DNA from: Octopus vulgaris
Lineage: Eukaryota
Assembly: GCA_951406725.2 (NCBI GenBank)
Contig: OX597838.1
Coordinates: 13,206,001 to 13,270,000 of the forward strand
Reading direction: 5' to 3'
DNA: 64,000 bases
Positions 55,421 through 64,000 of the stretch are shown here, piece after piece. Under the pieces are notes generated by a model, which saw nothing but the letters and a program-made list of their open reading frames with translations, searched no databases and had not been told where the DNA came from. How positions within the stretch are numbered: the first letter of the stretch is position 1; every line of letters begins with the position of its first letter. A program made the translations under genes and the position numbers.

Positions 55421-55525
55421 ACTGAAAATTTTTTAAAGAAAAGAGAGAGAATAGTACACACCAAACTATTTCCTTCTGTTTGTTGCCACCAATCTTCAAC
55501 AACAACTACAAGAATGTTCAGTCCA

Positions 55526-55791
55526 TCACCACAGAAACAAAATTAAAAGGATGGTAGAAATGAGGAATGTTCTTTTGTCTTTTGTTACCATAGGTGTGTT
55601 TGATGTTGGACAGTGTTTCTTGTTTGAACCAATGCATGATGAGTAAGCCAGGGCAAGTGGCACAAATACTTGCTCCCTTACACCGTGAAATATATGAGAC
55701 ATAGGACCACGAACAAAAATCGCGATTTCCTCAGCTCCATGCGTTTCACGGGTCAAAGGAACTGTAGCTTGTTGGAGATAAGATTTATCAG
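55526..55791 (-). CDS. ALPL: Alkaline phosphatase terminal exon A (proximal), with GPI-signal-like tail
   Basis: ttttcttag|CT acceptor in phase 1; TDKSYLQQATVPLTRETHGAEEIAIFVRGPMSHIFHGVREQ...YSSCIG...FLISTILLILFLW*; AATAAA on - at 55415-55420. Confidence 0.92.
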
Positions 55792-56158
55792 CTAAGAAAA
55801 GACAAAAATGTTACAAATGAATAAGTAGAAATGTATAACGGAAAAGAAATCCGAAGAAAGAAAAAGAAAAAAGAAAAGAAATTATGTTACTTTCTTTTGA
55901 ATTATCATTGTCAGAAAACATTTCTACATTTTAATTTTCTTATTTTTCAAACACATAGGTGTGGTCAGTTATAGCGTCGTCACGGTTAAATCCAAAAACG
56001 GGGGTAGAGTGAGAAGGCAGGTAAGTTAATAAAATAATGGAGTTAATTAGTTAGATTAGATTGGTGTTTAATTAGTAGTCATGCAGATTAGTAGTTGAGT
56101 AGAATGAACACATTGCTAAACGAGATGCCAAAAAAAGGTAGATCTCAAAAGAGCAGAG

Positions 56159-56235
<77 letters not shown>

Positions 56236-56566
56236 AATGTGTGTGAGTGTAAGAGAGAGAGAGAGAGAAACAGAGACAGAGCTTCCCGCTGATCAAGGAT
56301 CAAAAATGTTCCGGCCATGCCTACCAAGACTTTCTTTCAGATGTAGTGTATCTTGGACAATATTATATAACGTGTCCTTCATTTTTTAAGATTGTAGAGT
56401 TTAAGATATGAAAGTGGTTTGACTGCTATCTCTAGCAGCCCGGTTGTTTTCCCTGTAACAGCTTCATATAACAGCTAATGAACGGTGGGCACGTACGTTG
56501 ATTACTGACTGGAAATCGGACAACTTCATACCCGTGGCCTGCTGGCAAACACTGAGTACTCTATAT

Positions 56567-56795
56567 GGCGGCGAGCTGGCAGAATCGTTAGCACGCCGAG
56601 CGAAATGCTTTGCGGTATTTCGTCCGCCGCTGCGTTCTGAGTTCAAACTCCGCTGAGGTCGACTTTGCCTTTCATCCTTTCGGGGTCGATAAATTAAGTA
56701 CCAGTTACACACTGGGGTCGTTGTAATCGACTTAATTCGTTTGTCTGTCTTTGTTTGTCCCCTTTATATTTAGCCCCTTGTGGGTAATAAGAAAA
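56567..56795 (+). mobile_element. SINE B (older relatives also at ~4560-4890, 19665-20120, 27415-27625, 35750-36130)
   Basis: Family match. Confidence 0.85.
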
Positions 56796-57452
56796 CATAT
56801 ATGAGTGGTCCATATTTGAAAAAAAATATCAGATATATTCCTCTATTTCAGAGGTACAGAAGCTTATTTCTTTCGTTGCTAAATCTTCATAGCAAGACAA
56901 TATCTCCCAATGCATTTGTACGCGCAAAAACATTCGTAGCGCACACTTACACATACATACAAACACACACAGAAGCATACGGACGTAACTGCTCACTTCA
57001 CGGAGAGAGTTAAGTTAACCAGATTGGTGTCACAGAACTAGGGTACAGGAGGCGGGATCTGTATGAGCACCCCCTACTTACAAAGGGGATAGAAAATGCT
57101 CTGCGGTCACAGTTTGTGCGAAGCTTGAGGGATTCGGTTGATAAAAAAATGGTTATAAATCAAATTATCAAAATAAATAAATAAAATGATAATAATAATA
57201 ATAATAATAATAATGATACAATCTATAAAAAGAAGTAATAAGCATAATATTAACTATAAAAATGATAATATAAATACTGATATTGATAATACAGATATAA
57301 ATACTAATACTTATATAATAACAACAACAAACATAAAAGAGAAAACAATAAAAGTATTAAGATAGTTAAGGAATACAATGATAAAGTGGATAGTAACGAA
57401 AATAGTAAACAACCTAACGTAAATAATTTTAAATTAATTGTAAACTACTAAC

Positions 57453-58168
57453 AGGGGATCTTTTCCTTTTGAACAGTACATACTCTTTACTCTTTTACTC
57501 TTTTACTTGTTTCAGTCATTTGACTGCGGCCATGCTGGAGCACCGCCTTTAGTCGATCAAATCGACCCCGGAACTTATTCTTTGTAAGCCCAGTACTTAT
57601 TCTATCGGTCTCTTTTGCCGAACCGCTAAGTGGCGGGGACGTAGACACACCAGCATCGGTTGTCAAGCAATGCTAGGGGGACAAACACAGACACACAAAC
57701 ACACACATACATATATATATATATACATATATACGACAGGCTTCTTTCAGTTTCCGTCTACCAAATCCACTCACAAGGCATTGGTCGGCCCGGGGCTATA
57801 GCAGAAAACACTTGCCCAAGATGCCACGCAGTGGGACTGAACCCGGAACCATGTGGTTGGTTAGCAAGCTACTTACCACACAGCCACTCCTCTAGTAAAC
57901 TAAACACTTTAAAACTTCGTATACTGGTAGAATGTGTCAAAATAAAACATTTGACGCAGCAAATGATTTAAGCTCAATTAGAGGCGATTCATTGGTTAAA
58001 ATTCGGAAAATTAAACTACGTTAAACAAACGAATTACAATTTTATCAAGAAAGCCAAGAGAAAAAAATGTTTTATTTTGACACATTCTACAGGGCATACG
58101 AAGTTTTAAAGTGTTTAGTTAACTAGAAATTGTGTTGATGACATGTGCCGTTCAAATGGAAAAGATCC
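57453..58168. mobile_element. MITE with long TIRs (GGATCTTTTCC ends), interrupted by SINE A; related copy at 46027-46331
   Basis: Inverted arms 57892-57950 and 58063-58125; termini GGATCTTTTCC / GGAAAAGATCC. Confidence 0.65.
57481..57890 (-). mobile_element. SINE A
   Basis: Family match. Confidence 0.9.
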
Positions 58169-58546
58169 ATAACAGGAAATAAATGTAATGAGGATAACTC
58201 TGAAAACATAGAATACAAGGACAGCTCTATTAGTAAGGAAACAGGTAACGCTTCTAAAAATAAAATTTTCGATTGCGCCAAAGGAAAACGATGTGCATTA
58301 AATTCTCTCTGTAGAGAAAATTTCTCACTACATTTATATTTTCCACTCCTACTGAGCTCTCTACACATTCTGACTGAATCTTCCATGCGTTAACAGGTAC
58401 CTCCTTACGACAATTTAATCAAGATATCCTTGGCCTGAAAAGTAGCCTGCAGTATACACCTCACTTGGATATTTAACACTTCCGAGGTTCCGCTCGCTAT
58501 GGAACATATGTAGCCCGGATCTTATTCTACTCCATTCCGTAACTCT

Positions 58547-58601
<55 letters not shown>

Positions 58602-58960
58602 ATCCAGGAATCAAGGTGTAGGAAGAAAGTTAGCTTCAAGCAATCCGTAGTACAGGGGCAATAGTGGTTTATTGAGACGGAAGGTTGCGGATTTTTTCGT
58701 ATCTAAATACAATAAACAGAAAAAAGTTCTTTTTATATTTCACGATAGGTGACCGAGGTTGCCTCGTATGCGAATAAGAAAACATGTGTTAAGTAATGGA
58801 GTTGATATCATTTAATCAAGATATCCTTGGCCTGAAGATTAGCTTGCGGTAGACACCTCACTTGGATATTTAACACTTCCAAGATTCTGTTCGCTATGAA
58901 ACATATGTAGCCCGGATCTTATCTACTCTAATCCTTAACTCTTGTCTGTTTGTGTGTATG

Positions 58961-59028
<68 letters not shown>

Positions 59029-59233
59029 GCCATGATAGATCGTTAGCCACTACACACATCTTTTTCTCTCCTTGTTTTTTTCTGTGTCCCTTTCTGTAGA
59101 AGAGCGTAGGCTCGAAACGTAAAAGACTTTTTCTATTCCTGAGCGTTATACTAAGACATTTGTTTGTTTTGTACACCACCTGTCTTCGTCTTTTGTTTTT
59201 TTCGTAAACTCTCCCTATGTATATATATATATT

Positions 59234-59307
<74 letters not shown>

Positions 59308-59335
59308 TACATACATACATACATACATACATACA

Positions 59336-59369
<34 letters not shown>

Positions 59370-59870
59370 CATACATACATACATACGTATGTATGCATGC
59401 GTATGTAAGCATATGTGTGTCTCTAGTGTATTTTCCTTTAGGCTTCTGGTGTAAAACGGTCAATCAAGGTGCCTCACTTTTCGTCAAAATACCTTACCCA
59501 TTCGATAAGTAGGAACTGATAAAATGTATACCAGATTGAAATAAGTAGTCATCGACTTAATAGAACAAAATCTTCAAGGCACGAAATTCCAGCATGGCGT
59601 CAGGACCGGTAAAAGAAATATAGGAAATGGGTAGAAGTGTGGACAAACATCTCAAAAGTAGAGACCCCTCTCATTGTGTGTGTGTATGTGTGTGTGTGTG
59701 CGCACACACACACACATATATATATATACAGATATACGCCCATATATATATATATATATATATATATTCAAATGAATATGGTACTTAATTTAGATGCACC
59801 AGAATATATCTACCCTCTCTATAATGCTGCCACTTGATTTGAAAATTTTTGTATTAATGGAAAACCTCTA

Positions 59871-59963
59871 TAATTGGCTGATGAGTACTCAGCATCTTAA
59901 ATCTGTTGTAATACTTACAACATTTAATAAAATGATGTAGTACGAAACGATCGTACCAAATTA
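59871..59963 (+). ncRNA. Type I hammerhead ribozyme (Penelope/retrozyme-like)
   Basis: ttgg-CTGATGA-gtact[long hairpin]agtac-GAAAC-gatc-GTA-ccaa; complete core with palindromic stem III. Confidence 0.75.
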
Positions 59964-59991
59964 CCGGAGTCATTCTTGTTGCTTATTTTGA

Positions 59992-60057
<66 letters not shown>

Positions 60058-60264
60058 GTTATATAATTAGGGTTCAGTAAAATAATTTACTTTACCACAC
60101 ACTGAACTTTTAGAAATAGCAGCCAAAGCGGGATGAATGCAAAGCCTCATTCGTACTTTTTGAATTCGTTGGTACTGACGGTCAAAGATGGTTTGTCTGG
60201 GATTACTCATATCAGACGGGTATGTTCGATTTTTAGTGCTCTCAAATCCAAATCTAAGAAATCT

Positions 60265-60326
60265 TTGAGCTGACGAAGGAAATATTGATCTTTAAATTCA
60301 ACTAATCTAGAAACGTACGTTCTCAA
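60265..60326 (+). ncRNA. Degenerate hammerhead ribozyme
   Basis: ttgag-CTGACGA-...-GAAAC-gtac-GTT-ctcaa; stem II imperfect. Confidence 0.5.
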
Positions 60327-60608
60327 GTAATCTTAATGTACATGTGATCTTTTGTTATTTTTCCCTCCATACCTGCGTGAATTATTTTTGAGCTTACATT
60401 GTCTAGGAGATTTTTCTTATAGTAGAAGAAATAGCTAAGATTTTTTGGCTGCTATTTCTAAAAGTTCAGTGTGTGGTAAAGTAAATTATTTTACTGAACC
60501 CTAATTATATAACGTAATGTTTTAAATATACCTTAAATGGTCCTCTTACATACTGAACACTACTTGGTAAAATTAATTTATAATTAATTGATTTTACCCT
60601 TTTATTAT

Positions 60609-60676
<68 letters not shown>

Positions 60677-60834
60677 GCATATGTATGTATATAAAGAATG
60701 AGGAGTGTCCGTTTACTTTTCAGATGTCTGTGTATATATTCTTTGAGTGAAATCGTTTTCAGCAATATTCTGGAAGTTTAAAGTATCGAGGAAAAAATTG
60801 ATAAATAAGAAAAAGGAAGTTTAAAGTTACATAC

Positions 60835-60957
60835 TTGTGTCCACATTTGTAAGGTTTGCACGTTGAGGTGTATAGCCTGGACCGTTGCCATACACTAGAA
60901 CCGTCATTGGCATGTCATCTGTCGGACCTTTATTTACAGGATCGCGCGGCACTTTAT
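60835..60957 (-). CDS. ALPL: Alkaline phosphatase penultimate exon
   Basis: tttaag|AT and A|gtatgt; DKVPRDPVNKGPTDDMPMTVLVYGNGPGYTPQRANLTNVDT (YGNGPG motif); ends in phase 1. Confidence 0.93.
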
Positions 60958-61150
60958 CTTAAATAGAAATATATTATGCAAGAAATTAATAGTAATATCA
61001 TCTTTATTCTTTATTAAGAAATCGTCGTCGTTATTATTATTAAGTAGATTCACTTCAACATTTAAACTTTTATTTGGCAAAATATTTTCGTCGCTTTGAA
61101 GTTGTTTTAGTGAACAGGTCGCGGTCTCAAAGCGACGAAAATATATTACT

Positions 61151-61212
<62 letters not shown>

Positions 61213-61546
61213 CTTTCGTTTATCATTGTTAAATAAACCTTATTCAGGTGGTAGTGGTGGTGGTGGTGGTTTTGGTGGTGGTGGTGGTGGTGGTTTTGGT
61301 GGTGGTGGTGGTGGTGGTGGTGGCGGTGGTGGAGATTGTGGTGGTTATAATGCTGCTACTGCTACTGCTGCTGATGGTAGTGATGGTGGTGGTGGTGGTG
61401 GAGGGGATTGATGATGACTATGATAACGATGATAACGATGATGACGATGATGATGACGATGATGACGATGATGATGATGACGAGGATGATAATGGTAGTG
61501 GTAATGGCGATGGCTTCTAGTGCATATTTATTAAATATTTACCAAC

Positions 61547-61738
61547 CTAGGATATCTGTGCCTCTTGTTGGGTAACCAGCAATGTTGAACACATGTGAGT
61601 GGTCAGCCGATACTATAATAAGTGTATCCTTTTCATTGGTTGTGTCCACTCCTTTGGCAACGGCATCATCGAAGCTGCTCAATTCGGACAGCGCCTTTAT
61701 GGCACTGTTCGCATGATGACCATGGTCAATCCTGCCTC
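61547..61738 (-). CDS. ALPL: Alkaline phosphatase exon with metal-binding motifs
   Basis: tttcag|GA and G|gttggt; GGRIDHGHHANSAIKALSE...DTLIIVSADHSHVFNIAGYPTRGTDIL, matching the AP motifs EGGRIDHGHH and ADHSH. Confidence 0.95.
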
Positions 61739-62070
61739 CTGAAATAATAATTGTTATGACGATTACGACAACAATGATGATGATGATGATGATATTGAAA
61801 CGGTCAAGGTGTGAGGTATGGGCGTGGAAAACAATATCAATGATAATGCCGTACAATAAAACCATTATTTATCATTTATTTATTTTTTGTCTTTGGTCAG
61901 TAAGTCTTATTTCTTATTTGCTTCTGTCTAGAAATCAAAGGAAATGACTATCATTGCATTCAAAGTTTGATTTTCTGACCTCGACACCAATGTTTTGAAA
62001 TTGACCTGTTTTCCATTACATTTCAGACAGATTCAGTGTCACTTTGATGGCGTGCACTACTCTCTCACTC

Positions 62071-62129
<59 letters not shown>

Positions 62130-62678
62130 GATGCAGTACCAGGCAGTGGCTCTCATGGTTTCTGATCTTAACTGATTGGAAGTGTTATCATGTACATTGT
62201 TTTGTCTTGGTATAAAAGATGGGCTACAGCAAATATTCTGCTCAATACCACAGATTTGCTTGTCAGTTGTTTGACCTTAACCAGTTGAGCATGTCCCTTA
62301 GTGGCTGACGATATGTGCATCTCTGATCACGAGTAGAAGTGGTGGGGGAGCATCATAGCCATGTGTTGAGAGGGATTCTTTGGGGTTTGAATAATTCACC
62401 TCTGGAAACATGGGTGGTTCTTTCAACATCTTTAAACAACCCTTATTCAGGGACCTTTTGAGTGGGATGGGCTACTCAACCTGAAGAAAATTCTAACTGG
62501 GCCCCACCTGCAAGGTCATGTGCTGTTTACCTTGATATGAGATCACCATGTCGCGCACATATGGTTGTGATGCATGTGCCTAGTGTACCCTTATCAGACG
62601 GGTAGTCATGATGGGTATATTGGGCTTCGTATATTTTACCCCAGTGTCACTTTGATGGCATGAACTGCTCTCTCACTC

Positions 62679-62747
<69 letters not shown>
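62130..62747 (+). mobile_element. (TAA)n-associated repeat, probably R4/Dong-related 3' region; further copies at 62030-62130 (+) and ~36160-36655 (-)
   Basis: Shared 3' end GTCACTTTGATGGC..CTCTCTCACTC(AAT)n. Confidence 0.6.
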
Positions 62748-62748
<1 letters not shown>

Positions 62749-62823
62749 TCCAACCTGTTGTCTCTTGAGGTCTCTGGGTGAGACTTGGAGCCAACTTGTA
62801 CAGATATAAAGCAAAAGTCAAAC

Positions 62824-62918
<95 letters not shown>

Positions 62919-62936
62919 TTTATAGGATTGAGGCTA

Positions 62937-63740
62937 CTCTTCCAGAAAATATAGAAGCAAAAAACTACTACCTTAGATACTCTTACTGATAAATGGCAAG
63001 AAAAACCTCTCAATGGCAAATACCCAAAGGGAGCCAATAATGCCGATGTTGACAGAGCCTTTACCCATCAATGATTAGTGTCTTCTGGCGTAAAATCAGA
63101 GACTGAAGGGTTTATCATAGCAGCCCAAGATCAATGCCTACCTACAAGGAACTACCAGGCCAACATATTAAAGAACGGCAGCAGCCCAACATGTCGTGTA
63201 TGTAAACAACAAAATGAAACCATTGATCATGTTGTCTCCATGTGCAGTCTTCTTGCGCCTACAGAGTATCTCAACAGACATGATAGAGCTGCACAATATA
63301 TTCACTGGGTAATTTGCAAAACTCCTGGACTTGCCCCGGGATAAAAACTGGTGAAAACACAAAGCCCCTCCAGTGCTTGAAAATGATCACATCTCACTCC
63401 TCTGGAACTTCACCGTTCAAACTGACAGAAATATAGATGCGAATAGGCCAGACATTATATTGAAAGACTTCAGACAAAAATCATGCCACCTCATTGATCA
63501 TTGATATGACTGCCCCAATCGACATAAGCATATCTGTCAAAACCTACCAAAAACTGAGCAAGTATAAAGATCTTGAAATAGAAGTTGGTATAATGGAGAA
63601 TCTCAAGACTAAAAGAATACCTGTTGTCATAGATATGAAGAGATTGTGGAAGGCTAAGACAACAAGTGTTCCTGTGGTAATTGGTGCACTTGGCATAACA
63701 CCCAAACAGCTGCCTAAGGACTACCTAAGCTGCTTGAGAA
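62937..63740 (+). mobile_element. R4/Dong-clade non-LTR retrotransposon fragment (CCHC plus restriction-like endonuclease)
   Basis: ETEGFIIAAQDQ, CRVC...ETIDHVVSMC, RHD, NRPDII, KYKDL, VPVVIGALG; adjacent to (TAA)n. Confidence 0.85.
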
Positions 63741-64000
63741 TGCATATATACTTTTAATGTGTGCGCATATATATTCACGTGTGTGTGTCTATGTCTGTTT
63801 GGTTGGTGCGATCAGCAGTGTCTTTATGTGTGTGCGTATGTTTGTATAGAAAGGTAGAATAGATGATTGGCAGTGCATGTGTGTGCGCGTGCTTGCGTGT
63901 TTGTATACGAGCATGATTGGGCGTGTGAGATTAGTCAGATGTGTGTGTATGCTTATAGAAGTGTGTACGTGTGTGTGCTCGCATATGCGCGGTGTGTTGT

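Overview
Repeat-dense eukaryotic DNA. The microsatellite load and tRNA-SINE families suggest an octopus or other cephalopod (inference). Two convergent spliced genes are present. On +, five exons encode the C-terminal half of paxillin (LD5 plus four LIM domains, 20369-28209). On -, the 3' part of a GPI-anchored alkaline phosphatase runs from 61738 down to 44820 and has TWO intact, paralogous, phase-compatible last exons (55526-55791 and 44820-45100). The rest is mostly transposon-derived: CORE-type and Meta-type SINEs, a decayed Tx1/L1-like LINE, two ORF1-only 'half' elements stacked at the same site in a SINE, CR1, R4/Dong and Penelope fragments, hAT and Tc1 remnants, Helitrons and MITEs. Several small inserts carry minimal type-I hammerhead ribozymes, including a C3G/G8C covariant form. 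Nearly all long ORFs in the supplied track are microsatellite artefacts. Repeat boundaries were read by eye and are approximate unless a TSD or splice site is quoted.
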